Source of the DNA: Pelagibacteraceae bacterium
GTDB lineage: Bacteria; Pseudomonadota; Alphaproteobacteria; HIMB59; GCA-002718135
Direction: 5' to 3'
Length of the DNA: 64,000 nucleotides
NCBI GenBank assembly: GCA_018657885.1
Contig: JABHWG010000082.1
Location: forward strand, 190-64,189
The notes under the pieces are model-generated. The model worked only from the letters and a program-made list of their open reading frames with translations. It was not told the DNA's origin and made no database searches. The translations under genes and the position numbers were made by a program. This document shows positions 21,023-30,515 of the stretch, piece after piece; within the stretch, counting starts at the first letter, position 1; the number at the start of each line of letters is the position of its first letter.

Positions 21023-22276
21023 TTAATTTAATCTAGCTTGAATTTTATCTAGTGTTTCAAGTTTCTTTATTGGACCAATGCTTGAAATAGTTAATGGTTG
21101 TGACACAATCAATTGGGATATTTTTTTTACTGATTCCAGATTAACATTTTCAATTTTTTTTAAAATTTCAGACGTTTCAATCACACGATTAAAAACTAAT
21201 AGTTGTCTTGCGGCACTTTCACAGCAACGAAATGCACTTTCTCTACCCATCATTAAACTTGCTTTTAATTGAGCTTTTCCTCTTTTAATTTCTTGTTCAG
21301 TAATAGTACTTGGGCTTGTATTCAATTGATCACATAAAACAGGTACCAGTTCAGTAATTTGATTTTCTCCTGTTCCACAATATATTCCAAAAATACCCGT
21401 ATCAGTATAAGATGAACTAAAAGAGGAAATCCCATATACTAATCCTCTTTTTTCTCTAATTTCCTGAAATAACCTTGAAGACATCCCACCACCTAAAAGT
21501 GAAGAATAGATAAGTAGAGAATAATAATCATCACTGTGATAATTAATTCCTTCAAAACCTAATAGTAGATGAATTTGTTCTAGTTTTTTTTCTTCCCTAT
21601 ATTCTCCTGAATTGTAATTTGCTTTAATTCGATTATTATTAGTACCATTAGGTAAATTATTGCAAACTTTTTCAATATTTGCAACAAAGGCAGAGTGATC
21701 AATTTTACCTGCAGCACTTATAGTCATTTTTTTTGGATTATAATGGGAATTCATAAAGTCTTTTACCTGTTCCCTTGTAAGATTTTTTATTATATCTGTT
21801 TTGCCTAATATTGATCTTCCCATTGGTTGATTAGGATAAGCCTTATCTTGCCAATAATCAAAAATCATATCATCAGGTGTATCAAGATACATTCCGATTT
21901 CTTGAATAATAACGCCCCTTTCACGATTCAATTCATCTTCTGCAAAAGTAGAATTTTGAAGAATATCAGTTAATATATCAATGCCATACGGAAGATCATC
22001 TGCAAGTAACTTAACATAATAAGCGGTAATTTCTTTAGATGTATATGCATTTATATCTCCCCCAACATTTTCAATAGTTTCTGCAATTTGTAATGCAGAT
22101 TTTGATGTAGTTCCTTTAAATGCCATATGTTCTAAGAGGTGAGCAACACCATTTACTTTTTCTTCTTCATCTCTTCCACCAACGAAATTCCATATACCCA
22201 TTGATACAGTTTCCAAACCAGGCATATTTTGTGTGACAATACGTAGTCCATTATCAAGAGTTGTAATTTGATGCAT
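21023..22276 (-). CDS. M16 family zinc peptidase (pitrilysin/MPP-like)
   Basis: 417 aa with the inverted zinc motif HLLEHMAFKGT and the downstream Glu in ERGVIIQEI. Confidence 0.88.
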   Translation of the reverse strand: MHQITTLDNGLRIVTQNMPGLETVSMGIWNFVGGRDEEEKVNGVAHLLEHMAFKGTTSKSALQIAETIENVGGDINAYTSKEITAYYVKLLADDLPYGIDILTDILQNSTFAEDELNRERGVIIQEIGMYLDTPDDMIFDYWQDKAYPNQPMGRSILGKTDIIKNLTREQVKDFMNSHYNPKKMTISAAGKIDHSAFVANIEKVCNNLPNGTNNNRIKANYNSGEYREEKKLEQIHLLLGFEGINYHSDDYYSLLIYSSLLGGGMSSRLFQEIREKRGLVYGISSFSSSYTDTGIFGIYCGTGENQITELVPVLCDQLNTSPSTITEQEIKRGKAQLKASLMMGRESAFRCCESAARQLLVFNRVIETSEILKKIENVNLESVKKISQLIVSQPLTISSIGPIKKLETLDKIQARLN

Positions 22277-22278
22277 AT

Positions 22279-23646
22279 TTAAATTAATTTTAAAATTTCT
22301 TCTTTAACTAATTTTTTATTATTGTCTAATATAATCATCTTTTCTTCTTTATCAAAAATATTTTTAAGTCCTGCAGGAATAGGAGGGTCTTGATTAATAG
22401 CATCAAAAATTGCATTTTTAAATTTAGCAGGATGCGCACAAGCTAAACTAATATTTGCAACATTGTTATTTAGTTTGTTTAATACATTTAATCCAGTTGC
22501 TGTATGAGGATCAGATAAATAATGATATTTATTATAAAATTCTTTAATTGTTTGCAATACTTCAGAATCAGTCACAGCGTGAGTTTTATAGAGTGATTGC
22601 ATATCTTTAACAATATTCTCTGGTATGGTAGCCTCTTTATCTTTAGAAAAAGATACCATTAACTGATTTATAAAATTACTATTTCTCTCTGAGCTTTCAA
22701 ATAATTGTCGTTCAAAATTACTGGAGATTTGTATATCCATACTAGGACTGTAGGTTTGTTTAACTTTAAGAATTTTCATTTCACCAGTATTAATAGAACG
22801 ATGTAATATATCATTTTCATTTGTTACTATATGAAGTTCATTTATTGGAAGTCCCATATATTTTGCTACTCTAGCAGAAAAAATATTGCCAAAATTTCCT
22901 GAGGGTACGATAAAATTAATCTTTTCTTCATTTAATTGTAAATAAGACCAAAAATAATAAACTGTTTGAGCGATTATTCTTATCCAATTAATTGAATTTA
23001 TTGCAGTTAAAGAGGTCTTGGATTGGATTTCTTCATCAATAAAAAGTTCTTTTACAATTCTTTGGCAATCATCAAAAGTACCGTCAATAGCGAAATTATG
23101 TATATTATTTTCTTCTACTGTAGTCATCTGTCGACGTTGTACTTCAGAAACATTATTGTGTGGATGTAAAATAAAAACTTCAATATCATTTTTTCCTTTA
23201 AAAGCATTTATTGCTGCTGAACCTGTATCTCCAGATGTTGCACCTAAAACAGTAATTTTCTTTGTTCTTTGATTTAGTAGGTAAGAAAATAAGTTCCCTA
23301 AAAATTGAAGGGCATAATCTTTAAAAGCAAATGTAGGTCCATAAAAAAGTTCTAATATATATTTATTTTGATCAATATTAACCAGCGGTGCAATTTTTTT
23401 ATGATCAAAATTTTCATAGGCTGTATTAATAATTAATTGTAAATCAGAATCTGAAATATCATCTTGAATATATGGATAAATTATAGAATGAGCAACTTCT
23501 TGATAGGATTTACCTCGTAATTTTTCTAAAGAAATAGTTGGCCACTCTGAAGGTAAAAATAACCCTCCATCTTTTGACAATCCTCTAAAAAGAATATTTA
23601 AAAAAGATTCTTTAAGTTGATTATTACGCGTACTTAGATAATGCAC
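22279..23646 (-). CDS. thrC: threonine synthase
   Basis: 455 aa with the PLP lysine block GPTFAFKD, then GATSGDTGSA and VPSGNFGN. Confidence 0.92.
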   Translation of the reverse strand: MHYLSTRNNQLKESFLNILFRGLSKDGGLFLPSEWPTISLEKLRGKSYQEVAHSIIYPYIQDDISDSDLQLIINTAYENFDHKKIAPLVNIDQNKYILELFYGPTFAFKDYALQFLGNLFSYLLNQRTKKITVLGATSGDTGSAAINAFKGKNDIEVFILHPHNNVSEVQRRQMTTVEENNIHNFAIDGTFDDCQRIVKELFIDEEIQSKTSLTAINSINWIRIIAQTVYYFWSYLQLNEEKINFIVPSGNFGNIFSARVAKYMGLPINELHIVTNENDILHRSINTGEMKILKVKQTYSPSMDIQISSNFERQLFESSERNSNFINQLMVSFSKDKEATIPENIVKDMQSLYKTHAVTDSEVLQTIKEFYNKYHYLSDPHTATGLNVLNKLNNNVANISLACAHPAKFKNAIFDAINQDPPIPAGLKNIFDKEEKMIILDNNKKLVKEEILKLI

Positions 23647-23675
23647 TTTTCTCCTAGTTTATAAATATTAAAAGT

Positions 23676-24215
23676 TTAACTTTTATATTCTGAAAACTCG
23701 TATGTGAATACTAGATCTTCTAAATCATTAAAATACCAGTCTGAATCAAGGGCAGGGTCAACATAAAAAACCATTGTAAATATTTGACTTTCGCCAGATT
23801 TAAGAGTTTGTTCAGTAAAACAAAAACATTCAGTTTTTATTAAATACACTTGTGCTGCAATAGGATCGACAATAAAATTTGCTGTTGAAGTAATAGTTTT
23901 ATTGGATACGTTTTTACCCTTATATTTTATTATGTTATTTTCTCCAATGTTTACTTTTATATTTTCTTGTAAAGGTTCAAATTCCAAATTTAAAGATTGA
24001 TCAACTTTTGCTATAAACTTTATGTTAAGTTTTCTATCTAATATAGCGGGTGATTTTGCTTCAGGATTTATAATTACTTGACCTTTTACAAACTCATTAT
24101 CCGCTACATTACCTTTACTTAAATATTTATAAGTAGGAATTGCCAATAATAAAATACATGAAATAAATAAAACATTGATTGCAATAATAATAAAAATTTT
24201 TTTTTTATATTGCAC
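23676..24215 (-). CDS. ctaG: cytochrome c oxidase assembly protein CtaG/Cox11
   Basis: 179 aa with an N-terminal TM segment, the copper-binding CFCF motif (KTECFCFTEQTL) and MVFYVDP. Confidence 0.85.
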   Translation of the reverse strand: MQYKKKIFIIIAINVLFISCILLLAIPTYKYLSKGNVADNEFVKGQVIINPEAKSPAILDRKLNIKFIAKVDQSLNLEFEPLQENIKVNIGENNIIKYKGKNVSNKTITSTANFIVDPIAAQVYLIKTECFCFTEQTLKSGESQIFTMVFYVDPALDSDWYFNDLEDLVFTYEFSEYKS

Positions 24216-24229
24216 AATATTATTTAACT

Positions 24230-24661
24230 TTATCCTTCAATCTCAGCAATAAGTGATGGTGCTATTTTTTTTGACTTACCCACATATTTAACTTTTTTTA
24301 TTGATTCCAAATTAGATAAATCATTCCCTACAATTATAAAACCAATCATTCCCATTGATTTGTGTGGAGTACACCAATAAGCATATATACCTGGAATAGT
24401 AAAAGTATATTCTGCATCTTTTGAAACTTTAGATTTGAATTTAACTACACCTTCTGGAACACCGTTTTTTTTAATAAATTCTACATTATGCCCTTTATCA
24501 ACAGATTTCCAAAAGACAGTATCGCCCACATCGATCATAACAATTTCTTTACTAAAAACCATACTTCTATCTTCGCCCTTGTTTAGCATTTCAATAGTTG
24601 TATCTTCTGCTAATGCTGAATGTGAAAATAATAAACCAAATAGAATAACGACAAGTTTCAT
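24230..24661 (-). CDS. pseudoazurin-type blue copper protein
   Basis: 143 aa with a signal peptide (SALA), and type-1 Cu ligands GHNVE and YAYWCTPHKSMGMIG (His...Cys-x2-His-x4-Met). Confidence 0.85.
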   Translation of the reverse strand: MKLVVILFGLLFSHSALAEDTTIEMLNKGEDRSMVFSKEIVMIDVGDTVFWKSVDKGHNVEFIKKNGVPEGVVKFKSKVSKDAEYTFTIPGIYAYWCTPHKSMGMIGFIIVGNDLSNLESIKKVKYVGKSKKIAPSLIAEIEG

Positions 24662-24873
24662 AAATATTACCTCTTATTTTATAATTAATAATACTTACAT
24701 AGATAATAAATTTAGCAAATCAAAAAAAAATATTAAAAATTTCTAGTAATACAAAGACCAAAGGTCGCACAGCATAATCTTTATAGAAAAGCTATCTTTT
24801 ATATTAGTCTTTTTTTAATTTTTTAAAAAATTTATTTGATTTCATAGAATATTCTATTATGTAGGACCCCTGA

Positions 24874-25719
24874 ATGATAGTAGCACTTTTAGTTTTATTA
24901 GTTACCTTAGGCTCAGTTGCTTTTCATTTGTGGTCACCGTGGTGGTGGAGTGAAATTGCTTCAAATTGGGTTGGCATGGATAATACAATTCTGCTTTCTT
25001 TTTGGATTACAGGAGCCGTCTTCGTAGCAATAGGTTTATTTACAGCATATTGTATTTGGAAATATAAGTATAATAAAAATAGAAGAGCTGATTATGAGCC
25101 TGAAAATTCAAAATTAGAATGGTTTCTTACTATAATAACATCGATAGGTGTAATAGCATTACTAGCCCCTGGACTCATTGTTTGGAATAATTTTGTTACA
25201 GTCCCTAAGGGAGCTTATGAGATAGAAGTAGTAGGCCAACAATGGGCTTGGATGTATCGTTTACCAGGTAAAGACGGAGTTTTAGGTACTACGGATATTA
25301 AAAATATTGATGATGATAATATTTTTGGGATGAATACCGATGATCCTTACGGGCTAGATGATATTTTAATAGATGCAGATGATCTTCACCTATTAAAAGA
25401 TCAAGCAGTAAAATTGAATTTACGTGCTTTAGATGTTCTTCATGATTTTTATGTACCTCAATTTAGAGCAAAAATGGATATGGTTCCTGGAATGATAACG
25501 TATTATTGGTTTACGCCTATAAGAACAGGTGAATTTGAAATTTTATGTGCAGAGTATTGTGGAACCGGTCACTATGCTATGCTTGGATATGTAATAGTAG
25601 ATGAACAAGAAGATTATGATGAATGGTTGAGTGAACAAATGACTTTTGAAGAAATTATGGCTAGTAATGGAAAAAGTGATTTGATAAAATTAGCTTTAAA
25701 TAAAAAAAATGATTTATAA
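24874..25719 (+). CDS. coxB: cytochrome c oxidase subunit II (CuA type, no fused cytochrome c domain)
   Basis: 281 aa with two N-terminal TM helices and the CuA site HDFYVPQF...CAEYCGTGHYAM. Confidence 0.92.
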   Translation: MIVALLVLLVTLGSVAFHLWSPWWWSEIASNWVGMDNTILLSFWITGAVFVAIGLFTAYCIWKYKYNKNRRADYEPENSKLEWFLTIITSIGVIALLAPGLIVWNNFVTVPKGAYEIEVVGQQWAWMYRLPGKDGVLGTTDIKNIDDDNIFGMNTDDPYGLDDILIDADDLHLLKDQAVKLNLRALDVLHDFYVPQFRAKMDMVPGMITYYWFTPIRTGEFEILCAEYCGTGHYAMLGYVIVDEQEDYDEWLSEQMTFEEIMASNGKSDLIKLALNKKNDL

Positions 25720-25731
25720 AGGAGTTTAATA

Positions 25732-27522
25732 ATGGCTGCTGATAGTTATGATGATGTTGCAAAAAATAAAGAATCTATTCCTGAATTAGAAGTAGCTCCT
25801 CAAGATCTTTATCATGCAAAAAGTTTTTGGACAAAATATATTTTTTGTCAGGATGCAAAAGTTATAGGTATTCAATATGCTTTAACAGCAGCTGCTATTG
25901 GTATGGTTGGTTTAGTTTCTTCATGGTTAATGAGAATGCAAATAGCATTTCCAGGAGTAATTCCTATGGATGCTGCTGCGTATTATCAACTAGTTACAAT
26001 GCATGGAATGATAATGGTTGTTTATCTTTTAACAGCTTTATTTTTAGGAGGTTTTGGTAACTTTCTTATTCCGTTGATGGTAGGGGCACGTGACATGGTG
26101 TTCCCGTATGTTAACATGGTTAGTTACTGGGTATTTTTCATAGCAGTGTTGATTTTAGGAGCAAGTTATTTTGTTCCAGGGGGCCCAACCGGTGCAGGTT
26201 GGACATTGTATCCCCCACAGGCCATCACCTCAGGTACGCCTGGTGGAGACGGTTTAGGTATTGTGCTTATGTTAGTATCATTAGCTGTTTTTGTTATTGG
26301 TTTCACAATGGGTGGTTTAAATTATGTAATTACTATTTTACAAGCAAGAACAAGAGGTATGACCTTAATGAGAATGCCTTTAACTATATGGGGTATATTA
26401 ACTGCAACAGTTTTAGCTTTATTTGCGTTCCCAGCACTTTTTGTTGCAGGCATCATGATGACTCTTGATAATATGCTTGGCACTAGTTTTTTTATGCCAG
26501 CCATTGTACAATTTGGTGAACGTTTAACATATGACGGAGGAAGTCCAATACTTTTTCAGCATCTTTTTTGGTTTTTTGGACATCCTGAAGTTTATATTGT
26601 TGCCTTACCAGCTTTTGGTATTGTATCAGATTTAATTTCTGTTCATGCTCGAAAAAATATTTTTGGATACCGTATGATGGTTTGGGCAATTGTAATTATT
26701 GGAGCTCTGAGTTTTATTGTTTGGGCACATCATATGTATGTAGCCGGAATGAATCCATGGTTTGGTTTTTTCTTTGCGACAACCACTTTAATAATTGCAG
26801 TTCCAACAGCTATTAAAGTTTATAACTGGGTTCTTACTCTTTGGAGAGGAAATATTAAATTAACAATTCCAATGTTGTTCTCCATAGCCTTTATTATTAC
26901 TTTTGTTAATGGTGGATTAACAGGATTATTTTTAGGAAACGTTGCTGTTGATGTCCCATTATCAGACACCTATTTTGTTGTAGCACATTTTCATATGGTT
27001 ATGGGTATAGCTCCCGTTTTAGTTATTCTTGGATCAATTTATCATTGGTTTCCACTTATTACTGGTCGTTTTTTGAATGAGCGACTTGGAAGAATTCATT
27101 TCTGGGTAACTTTTATCGGTTCTTACTCCATATATTTCCCGATGCATTATTTAGGTTTTATGGGAGTAACTAGAAGATATTTTGAAGTTTTTGAAGGAGA
27201 TAACTTTACTTATTCTATTACGGGCATTAATCAATTTATAACTGTTGCAGCTTTAATTACTGGTGCAGCGCAATTTCTATTTTTTTATAATATAATTGTA
27301 AGTTCTAAATTTGGAAAAAAGGCTGGAAAAAATCCTTGGAAAGCATGTTCTTTAGAATGGCAAACTCCAGATGTACCACCTACGCATGGGAATTTTGGTA
27401 AAGAACTCCCTGTCGTTTACAGATGGCCTTATGACTTCAGTGTTCCGGGAGCAGATGAAGATTATATTACACAAGATACTCCTCCTAGTGCAGTTGCAAA
27501 TGCAAAAGCAGAACAAACATGA
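25732..27522 (+). CDS. coxA: cytochrome c oxidase subunit I
   Basis: 596 aa with GFGNFLIPLM, WFFGHPEVY, WAHHMY and VVAHFHMV. It is the heme-copper catalytic subunit. Confidence 0.97.
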   Translation: MAADSYDDVAKNKESIPELEVAPQDLYHAKSFWTKYIFCQDAKVIGIQYALTAAAIGMVGLVSSWLMRMQIAFPGVIPMDAAAYYQLVTMHGMIMVVYLLTALFLGGFGNFLIPLMVGARDMVFPYVNMVSYWVFFIAVLILGASYFVPGGPTGAGWTLYPPQAITSGTPGGDGLGIVLMLVSLAVFVIGFTMGGLNYVITILQARTRGMTLMRMPLTIWGILTATVLALFAFPALFVAGIMMTLDNMLGTSFFMPAIVQFGERLTYDGGSPILFQHLFWFFGHPEVYIVALPAFGIVSDLISVHARKNIFGYRMMVWAIVIIGALSFIVWAHHMYVAGMNPWFGFFFATTTLIIAVPTAIKVYNWVLTLWRGNIKLTIPMLFSIAFIITFVNGGLTGLFLGNVAVDVPLSDTYFVVAHFHMVMGIAPVLVILGSIYHWFPLITGRFLNERLGRIHFWVTFIGSYSIYFPMHYLGFMGVTRRYFEVFEGDNFTYSITGINQFITVAALITGAAQFLFFYNIIVSSKFGKKAGKNPWKACSLEWQTPDVPPTHGNFGKELPVVYRWPYDFSVPGADEDYITQDTPPSAVANAKAEQT

Positions 27523-28160
27523 GCAATAATAAAGAAAGTTTAATTAATTTATTAACTCAGAAACCTTGGGAACCTGCACAGGCAAAGGTTGATAATTTAC
27601 ATGAGGGTAAAACCTTTAATTTACATGTAGGAAAACTTGGCCTTCGTTATATTATGGTTGTTAGCACAATCATGTTTTGTTTATTTATCGTCACTTATGC
27701 CGACAGAATGGTCTACGATGACTGGATTAGAATGCCTGAGCCATTTTTGCTTTGGATAAATTCTTTAATACTTGTTATTAGTAGCCTTTTTTTTATTCGT
27801 ATTCAGTTAGCATCAAAGAAAAATAATTTTGAAAAAGTAAGAAGAGAGTTAGTCTTAATTGGAGTTTTAGCTATAATATTTCTTATAGGGCAATTACTAG
27901 TATGGCAAAATATGATAGAAGCAGGGTATTATGTTTCTGGGAGCCCAGCAAATGGATATTTTTATGTATTTACAACTCTTCATGGCCTTCATCTTTTAGG
28001 TGGCTTAATATATTGGGTGATGACAATAAAAAAAGTTTGGAAACTTGATGATAGTATAGTTATTAGAAAAGCTAAACATACAGTAGAATTATGTGCAATA
28101 TATTGGCATTTTTTATTAGCTGTATGGATAGTGTTATTTGGATTAATGTTATTTTCATGA
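27519..28160 (+). CDS. heme-copper oxidase subunit III family protein (first of two paralogs)
   Basis: 213 aa and about 5 TM segments, with FYVFTTLHGLHLLGG and AIYWHFLLAVWIVLF. There is a 4-nt overlap with subunit I. Confidence 0.8.
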   Translation: MSNNKESLINLLTQKPWEPAQAKVDNLHEGKTFNLHVGKLGLRYIMVVSTIMFCLFIVTYADRMVYDDWIRMPEPFLLWINSLILVISSLFFIRIQLASKKNNFEKVRRELVLIGVLAIIFLIGQLLVWQNMIEAGYYVSGSPANGYFYVFTTLHGLHLLGGLIYWVMTIKKVWKLDDSIVIRKAKHTVELCAIYWHFLLAVWIVLFGLMLFS

Positions 28161-28174
28161 TGAAAGGTTAATTA

Positions 28175-28885
28175 ATGGAAGAATCAAATCAAAATGTTAA
28201 AGTAGTAATACCTGAAAAAAAATCATTCTCTAAAGAATGGGCTTCTGACCAAAAAGCTTTTAAAGGTGTTCCTTGGGGAAAAGCCATGATGTGGATTTTC
28301 CTCGTTAGTGATACATTTGTATTTAGTATTTTTTTAATTTCTTATATGACAGTAAGGTTTTCTACAAAATCAGAATGGCCTAATCCAAGTGAAGTGTTTG
28401 GATTACATGTTGGGCATTATAATGTTCCTTTGCTTTTAATTGCTATTATGACCTTTATTTTAATTACCAGTAGTGGAACTATGGCTCTGGCAGTAAAATA
28501 TGGGTATGAGAAAAATCGCAAAATGTGTGGATATCTTATGCTAGCTACCGCTGTATTTGGCGCATCATTTGTAGGGATGCAAGCTTTTGAGTGGACAAAA
28601 TTAATTATGGAAGGTGTTCGTCCTTGGGAGAATCCATTTGGAGCTCCTCAATTTGGATCTATATTTTTTATGATTACCGGTTTTCATGGAACTCACGTTA
28701 CAATAGGGGTTATCTTTCTTGTTATTATGACCAGAAAAGTATTTCGAGGAGATTTTGATACTGGTAAAAGAGGTTTTTTTACATCGCAAAAATCAAATTA
28801 TGAAGCAATAGAAATAATGGGCCTATATTGGCACTTTGTTGATTTGGTTTGGGTTTTCATTTTTGCATTTTTTTATTTATGGTGA
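28175..28885 (+). CDS. coxC: cytochrome c oxidase subunit III
   Basis: 236 aa with FFMITGFHGTHVTIGV and GLYWHFVDLVWVFIF. Confidence 0.88.
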   Translation: MEESNQNVKVVIPEKKSFSKEWASDQKAFKGVPWGKAMMWIFLVSDTFVFSIFLISYMTVRFSTKSEWPNPSEVFGLHVGHYNVPLLLIAIMTFILITSSGTMALAVKYGYEKNRKMCGYLMLATAVFGASFVGMQAFEWTKLIMEGVRPWENPFGAPQFGSIFFMITGFHGTHVTIGVIFLVIMTRKVFRGDFDTGKRGFFTSQKSNYEAIEIMGLYWHFVDLVWVFIFAFFYLW

Positions 28886-28892
28886 GGTAATT

Positions 28893-29216
28893 ATGGCAGA
28901 AGGTACACAGCAACATCCACTAAAAATTTATTTTTTTGTATGGACACTTCTTTTCGTGCTTAGCGCATTCTCTTATTGGGTTGATTGGTACGGATTTGAA
29001 AGTTTTACTAGGTGGGGTTTGATCATGTTATTTATGATTCTTAAAGCAGGCTTTATTTGTGCAATTTTTATGCATTTGTATTGGGAACGTCTACCTATTA
29101 TTGCAGCTATTCTACTCCCATGTTCAGCAATATTAGTATTTGTATTCATTATGTGGCATGAGTCTTATTGGACATTAATAGTAAGAAGAATTTATTTTGC
29201 TATTACTGGATCTTAG
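28893..29216 (+). CDS. prokaryotic oxidase subunit IV-like small membrane protein
   Basis: I prefer the ATG at 28893 (MAEGTQQHPLKIYFFVW...), which is preceded by GGTGAGG at 28881-28887. The track start at 28836 overlaps coxC. The protein has three TM helices, a CyoD/CtaF-like size, and the matching operon position. Confidence 0.7.
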   Translation: MAEGTQQHPLKIYFFVWTLLFVLSAFSYWVDWYGFESFTRWGLIMLFMILKAGFICAIFMHLYWERLPIIAAILLPCSAILVFVFIMWHESYWTLIVRRIYFAITGS

Positions 29217-29233
29217 GATCTATTGAATCTTAA

Positions 29234-30127
29234 ATGACGCAAAGAATATTATCAAATAATACTTTTCTATTTAATCTTAATAGCTTTTATCAATTAATGA
29301 AACCAAGGGTTATGTCCTTAGTTATTTTTACTTGTGTTGTTGGTTTGATCGCGGCTCCAGTTAAAGTAGATTTTATAACTTCAGTATTATCATTAAGTGC
29401 AGTTGCTTTAGGTGCTGGCTCAGCTGGCGCTTTAAACATGTGGTATGAGGCAGACTTAGATTCGCTTATGAAAAGAACTTGTTTAAGACCTATTCCTACT
29501 GGCAAGGTTTCAAAGAACCAGGCGCTTATTTTTGGTCTAGTAACTTCATTTATATCTGTAATTGCCCTTTATTATTTTTCTAATTTTTTGTCTGCTTTAA
29601 TGTTAACCTTAACAATATTTTTTTATTTAGTGATTTACACAATGTGGTTAAAAAAACTTACTGCTCAAAATATAGTTATTGGCGGGGCAGCAGGAGCCTT
29701 CCCTCCAATTATTGGGTGGACAATCGCTACTGGGAATATAACATTAGAGCCAATTTTATATTTTCTAATCATATTTTTTTGGACACCATCACATTTTTGG
29801 GCATTAAGCATTTATAAAACTGAAGATTATGATAATGCAAATATTCCTATGCTACCTGTTGTAGCAGGTATTAAAACAACAAAAATAAACATATTTGTTT
29901 ATGGATTAATATTATTTGCTATTTCATTAACTCCATATTTTTTTGGGTACTTAGGCTTTATATATTTTTTTACCAGTTTGGTATTAGGTATTTATTACGT
30001 ATATTTATGTTACAAATTACTTAAAGAAACTGTTGATGAAAATAAATTTGCAAAAAAGATATTTATATATTCAATTTTATATTTATTTTTGATTTTCATC
30101 ACTATATTAATAGATGGGATCATTTAA
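29234..30127 (+). CDS. ctaB: protoheme IX farnesyltransferase (heme O synthase)
   Basis: 297 aa polytopic UbiA-superfamily protein with NMWYEADLDSLMKRTCLRP, GGAAGAFPPIIGW and FFWTPSHFWALS. Confidence 0.92.
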   Translation: MTQRILSNNTFLFNLNSFYQLMKPRVMSLVIFTCVVGLIAAPVKVDFITSVLSLSAVALGAGSAGALNMWYEADLDSLMKRTCLRPIPTGKVSKNQALIFGLVTSFISVIALYYFSNFLSALMLTLTIFFYLVIYTMWLKKLTAQNIVIGGAAGAFPPIIGWTIATGNITLEPILYFLIIFFWTPSHFWALSIYKTEDYDNANIPMLPVVAGIKTTKINIFVYGLILFAISLTPYFFGYLGFIYFFTSLVLGIYYVYLCYKLLKETVDENKFAKKIFIYSILYLFLIFITILIDGII

Positions 30128-30321
30128 TGAACCAAATATTTAATTTTTCAATTGCCTTAATATTAACCTTAATACCGGGTACAGTTTTCGCTAGATGTGC
30201 AATTTGTTATACCCAAGGTTTGTCAGGTGCAAGCATCGCTGTAATTGTTATTGTTTTATCAGCGATTTTTCTTTTTATTGCTAATAAATTTTTACAAAAA
30301 TTTTTGGAAAAATATAATTAA
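30127..30321 (+). CDS. 64-aa membrane protein with a CxxC motif, translationally coupled to ctaB
   Basis: Its ATG overlaps the ctaB stop (TAATG). A hydrophobic N-terminus is followed by ARCAICYTQG and then a second TM helix. I recognise no family. Confidence 0.45.
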   Translation: MNQIFNFSIALILTLIPGTVFARCAICYTQGLSGASIAVIVIVLSAIFLFIANKFLQKFLEKYN

Positions 30322-30327
30322 AATTTA

Positions 30328-30468
30328 TTAACTATTTTTATTTTCTTCTGAGGATGAATTTCTATTTCTTTCATCTGCTTTTATCCAAACCCAAGTTATT
30401 AAAAAATAGCAAAATAAATACATACCTAAAACTAGATAAAGCAATATTGATTCTGATGTAAATTCCAT
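30328..30468 (-). CDS. possible 46-aa single-TM micro-ORF
   Basis: Hand-translated as MEFTSESILLYLVLGMYLFCYFLITWVWIKADERNRNSSSEENKNS*. It is below the track length cutoff and fills an otherwise empty 190-nt gap. Confidence 0.25.
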   Translation of the reverse strand: MEFTSESILLYLVLGMYLFCYFLITWVWIKADERNRNSSSEENKNS

Positions 30469-30515
30469 AATAGATATCTTTATAAATCAAATTATTTATT
30501 GATGAAATAACAAAT

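Noticed and set aside
11367-24746. Other embedded ORFs: 11367-11555 (+), 15828-16064 (+), 16042-16365 (+), 17240-17443 (+), 18072-18326 (+), 21078-21272 (+), 23018-23272 (+) and 24435-24746 (+).
   Set aside because: Each lies antisense within a recognised minus-strand gene (rluB-like, lpxK, waaA, DUF374, msbA, M16 peptidase, thrC, pseudoazurin). None carries independent evidence.
24836-24849. A possible FNR/CRP-type box (TTGAT-TTCA-TAGAA) upstream of coxB.
   Set aside because: Only the left half-site matches TTGAT-N4-ATCAA. The right half matches 2 of 5 positions, which is expected by chance in AT-rich DNA.
25827-26689. Four ORFs (25827-26060 +, 26199-26468 +, 26322-26504 -, 26492-26689 -) inside oxidase subunit I.
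   Set aside because: They are alternative-frame or antisense products within a 596-aa gene that has unmistakable heme-copper motifs.
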